Shown: in pieces, positions 54,013 to 64,000 of the stretch
Layout: the number at the start of each line of letters is the position of its first letter
Position numbering within the stretch: the first letter of the stretch is position 1
Assembly: GCA_903813345.2 (NCBI GenBank)
Contig: CAIIXF020000001.1
Location: 20,150,001 to 20,214,000, forward strand
Reading direction: 5' to 3'
Origin: Owenia fusiformis
Taxonomy: Eukaryota
Length of the DNA: 64,000 nt
The notes under the pieces: model-generated
Database searches by the model: none
Told to the model about the DNA's origin: nothing
What the model saw: the letters and a program-made list of their open reading frames with translations, nothing else
Position numbers and translations under genes: made by a program

Positions 54013-55926
54013 TCATATATCATCAATAATGACATAAGGTAAAATATGGACAGGATTTTCATCAACTGATGGCAATGTTACAGTATCAGTCCATTCTTTA
54101 AATTCACCCTCTTTGTTAACTGTACCATTTACCCCAACCCACTTCTCAGAATGCATCTTATTTATACATGTATCAAACTGTTCTGAATCAGGCTCCGGTG
54201 GTTTATTAGCACTATGTTCATGTTCACTATCACTGTCCCAGCGTATTGCATCCAAATCTAAAGGGGGTAAACGAGCTATTAACTCTTCTAATGTTTCAGG
54301 TTTTGGTGGATCTGGTTTTTGATCATATTCCCGAGAACTTATAGATGGCTGTTTGGTTTCAGTCTCTTGATCATCAACTGATATTTGTTGATCGGGGGGT
54401 GTTGACTGAACATCAAACGATCCCAGCTCAGGCGGAGTTAGAGATTCACTCTGTCGCATAGACTCCAGTTTATATGGACTCAAGTCATTTTCAGACTGGG
54501 TGGGAGTAATTGAAGATTGTAAGAATTTTTGCACCATTTCAGTTTTAGTTTGACTCAGTTTAGAGCTATGTAATAAAGGGGGCACTGAACCTGGTCCAGT
54601 TGAGTTTTTTTTCCGAGGTCGGGGTTTGGCCCCAGCTGGCACCACAGATTCAACTACATCTGCTTCTTTCTTTATCTGATTGTGAGTAATACGATTCACA
54701 GTGTCACTTTGAATCTTAAAACCTTTTTTAGCATTCATTTCAGCTATTAGTTCAGCAGTTGTCTTTACTTTTGATTGCCTAGGTTTGGCATCAGTTTTTA
54801 CACTTAAGTTGGCATGATTTTTAGAAGCATAGTTAGGTGAATCAGCTCGTGCAATATCTAAAATACTCATATTCTGTGCTTTCATATTTTTTTTGAGCTG
54901 ATTGTTTTGTTCAGATGAAGTATTGGTAGACTCATTTGAATACAAGCTAGTTTGACTAGAACTTGGGTGTAGGGAGGTGTTCCGTTCAGCAGGCCTACCA
55001 TTACTGCGATCTACTGGACTCACACTTAGACCATTTACAAATTCTGCATGCTTCAATTTGATCTTCAGCGAACCTTCCTTGTCAATATCAGTATTTCTTT
55101 TCTTAATCGGGTTATCACAGACATCGTCAGGTAGCTTGCGTTTCTTGCCAGAGGCGAGTAGAGAATTTGTGGAGAGGCTACTGGAATGACTTGATCTTTG
55201 CAAGGTTGTTTTAGAGTCTTTTGCAGGTATTTCTGGAGAGTGATTGTTCTGCTCAGCATGCGAGGAATATGCTGGACTGATGGGTTTTGATTTGACAGCA
55301 TGACCATTAGATGGCGTGGCTGATCTATTGCCCTGTAGACAAGCGGGGGAGATAGGGGGTGTACCAGGAAGGCTAGAACCACCACTAGATGGTGTTACAG
55401 GTCTCAATCCTGGGGATATGCCTGGACGACCCATACCTCGAAGAGCAGGGGATGATGCTGGAGATAAACCAGGACGACCAGTACCACAAAGGGCAGGGGA
55501 TGATGCTGGAGATAAACCAAGACGACCTGTACCACGGAGGGCAGGGGATGATGCTGGAGACAAACCAGGACGACCAGTACCTCGGAGGGCAGGGGATGAT
55601 GCTGGAGATAATCCTTGGCGTCCCATTGCTCTGAGGGCTGGGGAAGAGGCAGGTCTTGCCAAGCCAGGTGTGGTGGGTCGAAGTGCAGGGGATGAGACGG
55701 CAGACCAAGGTGATGCTGGACTCACTGGCATAGAACCATCAAGTCTTTGAATGTTTGCAGGTACACTATTTGGTAATCTGTTAGTTAACCGATCCCCGTT
55801 AACTGTGTTACTGTCCACTGATATGAGTTTCTGCCATTGACGCACAAGGCTTTTTGCCCGTCTGGCCAAGTCTTTGTCTGTTGTCTTTTTTCGCATCTCA
55901 TTGACATGTTTTCCCAGTCGTGTTTG
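54013..55926 (-). CDS. MED26: Mediator subunit 26, large terminal coding exon 3 (637 aa + stop)
   Basis: Acceptor ttaatttgcag, then QTRLGKHVNEMRKKT..LARRAKSLVRQWQKLI (end of the TFIIS-N/MED26 domain). The C-terminus GVNG..EFKEWTDTVTL..VHILPYVII is the MED26 C-terminal motif. The first 16 aa of the tracked ORF (to 55974) are intronic. Confidence 0.96.
   Translation of the reverse strand, partial: QTRLGKHVNEMRKKTTDKDLARRAKSLVRQWQKLISVDSNTVNGDRLTNRLPNSVPANIQRLDGSMPVSPASPWSAVSSPALRPTTPGLARPASSPALRAMGRQGLSPASSPALRGTGRPGLSPASSPALRGTGRLGLSPASSPALCGTGRPGLSPASSPALRGMGRPGISPGLRPVTPSSGGSSLPGTPPISPACLQGNRSATPSNGHAVKSKPISPAYSSHAEQNNHSPEIPAKDSKTTLQRSSHSSSLSTNSLLASGKKRKLPDDVCDNPIKKRNTDIDKEGSLKIKLKHAEFVNGLSVSPVDRSNGRPAERNTSLHPSSSQTSLYSNESTNTSSEQNNQLKKNMKAQNMSILDIARADSPNYASKNHANLSVKTDAKPRQSKVKTTAELIAEMNAKKGFKIQSDTVNRITHNQIKKEADVVESVVPAGAKPRPRKKNSTGPGSVPPLLHSSKLSQTKTEMVQKFLQSSITPTQSENDLSPYKLESMRQSESLTPPELGSFDVQSTPPDQQISVDDQETETKQPSISSREYDQKPDPPKPETLEELIARLPPLDLDAIRWDSDSEHEHSANKPPEPDSEQFDTCINKMHSEKWVGVNGTVNKEGEFKEWTDTVTLPSVDENPVHILPYVIIDDI
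55414..55653 (-). repeat. Coding tandem repeat in MED26: 5 x 48 bp (PASSPALRGTGRPGLS)
   Basis: Directly visible in the DNA (gcaggggatgatgctggaga... every 48 bp) and in the protein. Confidence 0.95.
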
Positions 55927-56474
55927 CTGCAAATTAAAAACCACTTTTATACACATATGACACTCAACTGTCATTGATTATCTTCATTATCCGTATTGCA
56001 TTGAATTATTAAGTATACAAGAATGCACAATTACTGTGTTAAGTATTGATTATACAACAAGAGACATAAATCAATTTAAACAAACTCAATAATGCTGTAC
56101 TTTATTCAAACATTTAACAATACCCACAACAATGAAATTGAAATACATACATACTTTTCCTGTGAAAATGCTATTTAATATCTACATATTAGGTTAATAC
56201 CTGATACTAAAGGAATCAATGTTTCATGATATTCATTTTCAAAAATAAGTGTAACTGACATTTTCTCAATATTCAAATAGATTTGAGTAATGTTTAATTT
56301 TATCTTGTCAAATGAAAATGTCAAGGAAGAACCCTTTCAAATGTCATCTGATCTTTAAAAAGTAAGGCCATATTTATATTTCTAATACACTATACATCTT
56401 TAAAAACAAAAATTGTCTGAATTTTCAGCAGTGTGCCAATTCAGTCTATATACTTAGCCTAGTACTGAACTTAC

Positions 56475-56549
56475 TTCAAGGGCCTCTTTAGTAATGGGGA
56501 ACTTCTCCAGGAAGCCGATGACCTCGAGCACCGTGGACAATTCCACCAC
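56475..56549 (-). CDS. MED26: Mediator subunit 26, coding exon 2 (VVELSTVLEVIGFLEKFPITKEALE)
   Basis: 75-nt exon bounded by a tatttccag acceptor and a gtaagt donor, phase 0/0. Matches the TFIIS-N-like MED26 motif VLEVISSLEKYPITKEALE. Too short to appear in the ORF track. Confidence 0.95.
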
Positions 56550-57134
56550 CTGGAAATACAGCAAAACATTTAACTACAAATCATAAATATTCTACAGTGT
56601 TTTGATACGGCCATTACCTGAGAGTTCCATCTTTTTTGAAAGTTTTGCTGTTTACCTGGCCATCCGAAACAAGACTTTATTCATATGATTTAATCAGTAC
56701 TAACTGGTTGGTACATGTGCAAATACTTTGCAAAATGCGAGGAACTAGGTATAAAAATACTTCTAATACAAACATATTTTACATAAAATGTTTATATATT
56801 TTAGATTGCTTGAGGTCTTGCTACTAACATGTAGTCTCTCATTTATTGGTGCTTCTTTGACATGTTATTTTTTAAAAATGACAATGGCTGAATGCTGATA
56901 ATAAAACTAATAATTAATCTGAAACATACAGAAGTATTGTATCTAAAATAAGAATGTTTTGTTTTATAAAATATTGCATTGTACATTTTTTTTTTTAGAT
57001 TTGATAGACTTATATTTTGCTTTAAACTGTATATACAATAAAATGTGCTGACAGGTTTTAAAAATCTCAAATAAAGGACTACAGGTGCATTCATGGGTGT
57101 AGTGCAGTACTCTTGAATGAATACTAAGTGCCGA

Positions 57135-58402
57135 TACAGTGCGACCCCAAAAAAGGTAACCAAAACAAACATTTGAAACAAAAGTCATCCAGCATAGATT
57201 TAAGGTCAAATGTGGCACATCTAAACCTTGTTCAATTCAACCAAGTTTCATTGGTCTATTCCAAATGGTTACGAATTTAAGTCCACTTTGCAAAACATGC
57301 TCAAAATAACAGTCTTGTCCTGGAGGCAAACTCCAACTAAATCAGGTAAATTTTCTGACTACACTCACATATTTTGTAAAACACTTCAAATCTACAGTGA
57401 TGATACAAATTAATTGATAAGTTGTATAGTTGGCATATTTTCTTGAATTTAAACATTTAATGTCCCAAACTCCCACAAACTGCAGAAAATTATACACCGT
57501 AAATCATATTTACCAAAATAAGTGACTCGAAGGCTTCATACCAGCGTATTTAGTCTTGCCTGAACCAGGGATCGAATCCGGGACCTATTGCGTAAGAGGT
57601 ACCTGCGCTACCGCTGAGTTACACGGGTGGACTATGGATATGTGCCATGTTTTTTTCTATTGATTTTGTTTCATTTCATGGAGTTTGTGTTTCAGAGTAA
57701 CTACCGCAAAAATGGCAGACCAATGACAGAATTAACAGGTAAAATCACTTCAAAATTTAAGAGAACTTTTTACCTATAATTGCAAAACCTTTGTTTTATT
57801 TGTTCATTTTATCTATCAGATAAGAGTCTCAGGGGTATGTAGGCAAATCCATTTTGGTAGGATCGGTCGGAGCACTCTGTTCAGTTTGAAAACTCACCCT
57901 TTTTTATTTTGTATCGGCACTATACAGCGCATATTTTCCGTGAAAGTGTTAGATACATTTTTGTTCAGTGTTCTACAATAAAGCTTCAGTTTTTCATTTG
58001 TGCATTTAATGATCGCAATGTTGTTTCACTCGCAAAACATGGAAATTAAGAGCATATTTAATTAGCATTTGGATTTTAAGTGTTTTACAGTTTCATTTTC
58101 ATTCTAATCTCTTTTTTTCGATTCTGATACTTCTAGGGTTGTAAATATACATATTATCTTTGAAATAGCCCCAAAGGTAAATTTCAGCGGGGTTTTTATT
58201 GGGTGATTTTGGTATGTTTGGCATTTGGAACATGTTTTGTAAAGTTGTCAAAAAATTGTGACCATTGGAAATAAACCAATAAAAGTTAGATAAAAGTATA
58301 TGCTAGATCATTGAACAATTGTGCCAAATATGACTTAAAACCCATACTGAATGACAGAGTTATTAAGATTTGATTGGGTTACCTTTTTTGGCTCACCCTG
58401 TA
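57135..58402. mobile_element. Tc1/mariner-like non-autonomous element in MED26 intron 1
   Basis: tacagtgcgaccccaaaaaaggtaacc ... ggttaccttttttggctcaccctgta, with ~170-bp degenerate arms and TA flanks. Confidence 0.7.
57557..57628 (-). pseudogene. tRNA-derived sequence (pseudo-tRNA or SINE head)
   Basis: 72 nt with an A-box-like TAACTCAGCGG and a B-box-like GGATTCGATCC. The acceptor and anticodon stems do not pair properly. Confidence 0.65.
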
Positions 58403-59762
58403 CTATCTTAAATATCGAAGCTGATGATGTGGAAAACATTTGGGTAAGTGGTTAATTTTTGTATGACAGTGTCAGGCCCTGGCCTCATAAAATCTAAAAC
58501 AAAATACTCAAGAATGGCTGGAAAAAAATTTGGTCTCAGATTTGGTCTCTAGTAGAAGTCTAACGTTTGGTTTGCTTGTATACACAGTATATAGGCTGGT
58601 TTGGTGATGATACCAGTGTATCAAAATCAACTATCAAATATTGATACACCAAGTAATTATTGATGCAAATGAAATCCTTCATATTTTGCCGAAATCCTCA
58701 GAATATTTGACTTTTTGAGAATTTATTTCTCTATTTTCAGTTTTGTTCATTTTATCACTGGTTGCTGGTGACATGCACCAAATTTTGTACAAATGCAAAT
58801 AGAATGCTAACTAGATTATTGCACAAAAAACTAAATAATCTGAAATATACAAATGTCATTCATATACAATATGAATATACTTTTCCATATATTATTGCAT
58901 AATGGTCTCCTGATTTCTTATTTTTGGGGTTCTACTGATGCAATAAACAGTGTTCGCGTTGACGCCGTTTTTTGCCATTTTTACGGAAATTTCAGAATGT
59001 TGGACGTAAAAATCAAAATCAACTTACGTCACTAGGACGCAAAAATTATAAACTGCTTCAAGATAACTTTTACTGCAGCACAGTAGCGGTGAAACATGAT
59101 TTTCATCAAGATTTTCAAACTCACTACCTTGATATACGAGCAATGATCCAGGTATATTTATATCGACAAATCTGATTGGCTATCATGACTACCGAAGATT
59201 AACAGAGTTTCCAGTATGAGACATCGATTTTGATTGGTTCAGATATATTCCGGAAAATGCCGCAATCGAAATGGAAGATCAAAACATACAATATTGCAGA
59301 AATCCCCTGTGGTTCCCCACAAATTGAAACGATTGTTTTTCACGATTATCTTTATTATTTCCACTAGAAACCATTATATATTGATCTAATGTTATACATC
59401 AAGATAATTGTTTAATGATAGATCGGGGTTTTCCATCTAAAAGTCTTCAGAATAAGGAGAAATGTTAATAAAAAGAAGCAAAAGTTCACGACCTTGACAT
59501 GACCTTCAAGATCGCAAGTTTGTAAAATGTGAAAACAAAACTCTTAATTTGAGCATTTCCTTTATTCATTTCGGACTATTTTGGTATAACATTACTTAAG
59601 AATTGTGTGAAAAGGACCAAGTGATAGATACTTATCGGGAGGATGCATCAAATTACAATATATGTCATTTTTATTCCATTTTAGTGTAAGCACTCTATTA
59701 TCGCCCGCTTTATTTTCACTTTCACAATATTTTCTTGAACTTTTTGAAGAAATAAGAGGGAC

Positions 59763-60911
59763 CAGTGCGTGAAATAAGGATTTTTTTAACCTAGACATTT
59801 TGGCAGGCCAGCCAGATTTAAACAAGCCATATCATTTTTTCTCAGGCCAATTTTTGGTAGCCTGTTTCTTACTTCTCTGGCCAAAAATTTCATTTACCAT
59901 ATTTCTCCACAACCACTATAAAATGAGATTTAGTATAGTACAATATTAACAAAGATAAAACTAATTCCATTGCATCATGTATCATTCACTGTACTTGATG
60001 ACTTAACCAACAGCCCGGGTGTGTTGATTTCTCCCTAGATTCACCTTACAAAAACATGAGGAACATGTTCATATTGATCAAACTAAATTGTACTGATTTT
60101 GGTCGGTTTAGAATTGCTCAGAACTCAGAACCTTCTAGGTATTCAAAAACACATACTATGTGCACAGACTCCACTAAAATTCAAGGTATATATTAGAGGT
60201 GTCATGGTCCAAAAAAATTTCAGTACGGTACAGAACGGTACAAATGGTCTCGGGACATGGTACTTTCGGGACGGGACAGGGCACAACATTAAAAAAAAAT
60301 GATACAATGTCTGATGATGACTGTTTCACTTTCAGTTTCACTTTTCAAAATCATATTCAAAAATACGTCAATCATAATCGAATATAAAACATCTGCCGCA
60401 AATGTGATCGGCATTTCACATAGTCTGCATGGTGTACTATCACCAATTCATTTACCTTGTGATATCGGAGTCCCAAAATACTTCCAAACTGCCGACTTTT
60501 TCGACTTAGATGCTGGCACGATTTTTCAATTTCTTTCCTACATCCGGCATACTGATAATGCACTCAATTTGCGAACGACATTGAAGAAATGAGTCATTCA
60601 TAGCCAATCAAAATCACCATAATTTCAACAAACAACAACAGCCAATCGAAAGCCACGTTATATCTTGGGCTTCGGTACGAAAACAAAAATATTTTGAAAT
60701 TTTTTCAATTTTCAACAAATGTCATGGAATAAGCCGGAAACGCAGGGAATTCAAAGGATTTCCGGACTGAAATGTAAGTTCTATTCATGGGCAATCTAAC
60801 GAATGCCCCAAATGTCTGGCAGGCCAAAATGTCTGGTTGTTTTTATCAAAACAAGCCATCTATAATTTTGTCAGGCCAATGGCCGATGTCGGACGTCTAT
60901 TTCGCGCACTG
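59763..60911. mobile_element. Non-autonomous TIR element (CAG...CTG) with a nested hAT-like end at ~60194-60285
   Basis: cagtgcgtgaaata / tatttcgcgcactg termini, subterminal agacattttggc / gccaaaatgtct, and a GGGAC direct repeat on the flanks. Confidence 0.6.
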
Positions 60912-61788
60912 GGGACGCAAAAAAATTAGATGGGGACTCAAATTTTTCAAATGGGTTGCGTCCCTGGGACTCAGAAATGTTAATGGCTAGCGCGAACACT
61001 GGCAATAAAACAGCTAAATGGGCTGTAGTTCTTATTCTATATACTTTTTTGACTTTAGTACGAAAGAATATATTCTTTGGGATTCTCTCCAACAAACCTG
61101 GTTTCAAAAAAAAGTCATTGATACTTTTAATAAAAAGCGAACAACTCTTGCCTTAGGAAAATATTATGTTAAACATTGGAGTTTTGAACACATTTGATGT
61201 AATTATGGTTGTATTTTGAACCCTGCTTCGTGAATTTCCATCAAAATCACCATTTTGGTGTCTCGACAGAAAACATACACTCGAGGATAAAGAGAAGTCC
61301 TGATCGAAACAGAAGCAGCTGATAACTTACAGAGGGTAGAGCTTTAAGAAAAATTTGGAGATTATAAAGTAAGCAGATGATTTAGGTTTGAGTTACTCTT
61401 CCGAGCTGTCTTGTCAGCTCTGGGAGGCTGGATTGAAAATTCTTGAAGAGAAAAAATTGAGCCCATTTTAACTAAATGCTGTGCTGAGTAGCGTTTATAA
61501 TACACTATATATTTGAATCAATACAAAATTTATTTGTTTTAACCTTATTTTGATCCTTCAACAGTCTGTTGTTGTAGTAAATAGTGATGTAACGAGTGAC
61601 TCGGGTAATCGACTAGAACTCAAATGAGCCTAGAAAAATGATCAATCGATTGAAAATTTGAAAATCGTGATCTTGAAAATTTCAGAGAAAAATTGCGATT
61701 TACCCTCCATATTCACGATTTAAGCAAGGATTGTAGCTGCCTTAGTTTATGTTTTTCTAATAACTTCTGACTATATTCTGCAGTTAGA

Positions 61789-62047
61789 TGTTGTTAGATC
61801 GCCAATTGTATGGGTTTATCGGCAGAACAAAGAGATTTTAGTTTTTACATCGGAAATATATCAGCAATTTTCAAAATGTCGGAAGGGGAATTCCCCAGGG
61901 ATTTCCCTTATGACTGGTGCATGCCGGGAACTGAATAGAGGAATTTGACGGTTGAAATAAGTTAAATAATACACGCAAATATTGCTATCAAAAACGAAAA
62001 CCTCTTCGTTCTGCCGATAAACCCATATAATTGGCAATTCAACTACA
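61789..62047. mobile_element. Palindromic MITE in MED26 intron 1
   Basis: gccaattgtatgggtttatcggcagaac / gttctgccgataaacccatataattggc, ~60-bp arms. Confidence 0.75.
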
Positions 62048-63227
62048 AAAAAGAATTCTAAAATACTAAGGAATGTATCGAGGGAGGTCATTTAGGTTTA
62101 CTTCGGTCCAAAGCCTTCTCTATATTCCGGCTTTGAGGAGGAAGATTGAGCTGCCTTAGTATTATAAATATTGTAAATCATTGTGTCACACGCACAGTAA
62201 ATATGGCATAATAATATGAAATATACCTTTATGTATAAATTTGAAGAACATCAGCTCACATCCCCGTCTGAATCTAGTATTGTTATATTTGATTTCTTTA
62301 AGCGAGAATAATTTCAAATGTTATTCACGTCCAGAACCGGAAGCCATTTTTAGCTACAGCGAGAAAATTTCACCATGTGTCAAACTCCGAAATGAAATTT
62401 TGAAATATCTAAATCCAGACAAGCAACGCTTCATCCTAAATATGATTAATATTCTTAAAAATATTTATAAAATTTATTAAAAATGAGTTCTAGGTGCGTG
62501 TAGGTGCGTATAGCACAGTACATACGAAATCAATGAAGTTTCGTCTAGCTGTAAGCTAGAGACTCGAGTAAATTTAGGTGTGCAATGCGTAGTATTTTCT
62601 CAAACTTTGTAAAAACATTGACTGACCAATTATACGCGCGTACGACCACAATCTTAAGTGGTCGTAGAATTCGATAAAGGTTTGAGATATGTATCGTATT
62701 GTTATTAATGTATCCTCAGACTCCCTAGTCTCTTTAGCAAGGCAAGCCGATCATTGATGTAGATTTCCTCTTCTGCATTTGAGCCTTTTATTTGTTAGCA
62801 AAAGTGCACACATTAGAGCGAACTGTGAACTTATAAGAAACTGCAAATACACATGTGTATAAATCACCATAGGTCAGCATACTGAGCCTAAAGGCAAAAT
62901 GGAGCATAATGGCCTGATCATAATGCCAGACATGGCTGAGACAGGTAAAACAGCATCAACAACATGTATTTCAATTGGGTATAAAAAATATTGATATCGG
63001 TCTGGTTTCTACGTATATACGCGAGATCCATATATGGAAATGATCTTTATATATTCATACACAACGTGGACACAAATCTGAAAGGAGAGTGGCCCGATTT
63101 ACGGGGAATTTGGGCTCGGAAGGCGGAGCGGATTTTTCCCTCCACATCTGAAAAATGGGTTCTTAGAACAGGACTGCGAATAAGTCTTTCGAGTGCGATT
63201 GAGAGATATTTGAAACAGTTTACTCAC

Positions 63228-63290
63228 ATTGTTATCCTTGTCTAGTGCCTTCAGTAGCTTATCTTTGATCTGATGAGGATTACACTGCAT
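63228..63290 (-). CDS. MED26: Mediator subunit 26, coding exon 1 (MQCNPHQIKDKLLKALDKDNN)
   Basis: ATG at 63290-63288, 21 codons, then a GTGAGT donor (63227-63222), phase 0. The peptide resembles the MED26 N-terminus (SPQQIRDRLLQAID-type), recalled from knowledge. Confidence 0.93.
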
Positions 63291-63429
63291 TTAGACCGCT
63301 AGATAGCAGCTAAGTTATAGAAAAATGCCAGACGATCGACCGTTCCCAGTTAACAGTATGGCCGACATCGAGACATTGGCGAACATTTCGCAAAGGCATC
63401 TGGGTAAATCCGAGTATGACGTTCTTCTC

Positions 63430-63545
63430 CCGAAGCTGACGTCAGAGTGAGCTCGTAAAATTCCGCGGAGCACGTGACATTGACGTTTGACCAATGAACG
63501 TTGATGTTTTGGTCATATGATCAAATAAAGAAGATGGCGGATTTT
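63430..63545. promoter_or_regulatory. Probable MED26 promoter: CRE, E-box, CCAAT and YY1-like motifs
   Basis: CpG-rich segment upstream of the MED26 ATG with TGACGTCA (63437-63444), CACGTG (63471-63476), CCAAT (63491-63495) and AAGATGGCGG (63531-63540). Confidence 0.6.
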
Positions 63546-64000
63546 CTAAAAAATTTTAAATCGCAAATTTTCATCAATTTGAGTTATTTAAGTCGAATAA
63601 TGATTGGATTTAGACTTGGAGAAAGGAAATTGAAATAACCAAATAACCTACACACTGGGACAGCACCTGCAACACGTAAAAATTCGATATAAGCTTGGAG
63701 AAAATGTAGAGAAATGTTTTGGTGAATTTTGAAGACGAACGACTTGACGAAGTCATATCTTCAGTTCAAAATCAACTTCTCTAATTTGACACCACTTTCT
63801 AATTTGCCTCACCTACCTTTTATTATTTCTCAAAACATATTGTCTCAAAATAACATTTGGTGAATTGATGCGATCGATCCTTGGACTTATCCCAAGACCA
63901 AATTACATTGGAATTTGGATAAATTTCATCTGAAAAATAAACAACCTACAATAATATGTGGAAAAATATGTTCATATTGCACACTAATGGCATTTGTATA

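Noticed and set aside
55316-55750. 144-aa plus-strand ORF (RRAGDDAGDKPGRP repeats) and other ORFs overlapping MED26 exon 3
   Set aside because: Antisense or alternative-frame shadows of the GC-rich MED26 coding repeat; no independent gene signals.
55927-55974. N-terminal 16 codons of the tracked 653-aa ORF
   Set aside because: Intronic. Homology starts at the ttgcag acceptor, and the true start lies in exons at 63290 and 56549.
57557-57628. Functional tRNA gene (Val-TAC-like)
   Set aside because: The acceptor and anticodon stems fail to pair, and the sequence is embedded in a transposon.
58423-58440. ctgatga..gaaa hammerhead-like core
   Set aside because: There is no stem II and no flanking stems I/III.

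Overview
AT-rich, CpG-depleted animal genomic DNA; the repeat landscape suggests a marine invertebrate, probably a lophotrochozoan (inference). Two host genes lie on the minus strand. (1) A complete three-exon MED26 (63290-63228, 56549-56475, 55926-54013; 683 aa) with an internal 5 x 16-aa Ser-Pro repeat. (2) The first coding exon of a type I diacylglycerol kinase (CDS 6206-6143, MAFKWQNLSPAEFHQLQEYTS); its very long 5' region probably spans most of the window and its downstream exons were not found here. Almost everything else is transposon-derived: Tc1/mariner-, hAT-, Harbinger-, piggyBac-, MULE-, Kolobok- and Transib-like MITEs, Helentron-type HINEs, palindromic elements, and a CR1/L2 LINE 3' fragment. 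The most striking object is a 5.8-kb DIRS1-type tyrosine-recombinase retroelement (42286-48127). Its cis-acting ITRs and ICR match perfectly (127/127, 51/51, 63/63 by eye), while its RT, RNase H and YR coding regions are heavily fossilised. It sits 56 bp from a candidate non-coding exon of the DGK gene. Other leads are a candidate recursive splice site, uORFs abutting the DGK start codon, and two CAC-terminated elements with 5-bp TSDs. All alignments were done by eye; no database searches were run.
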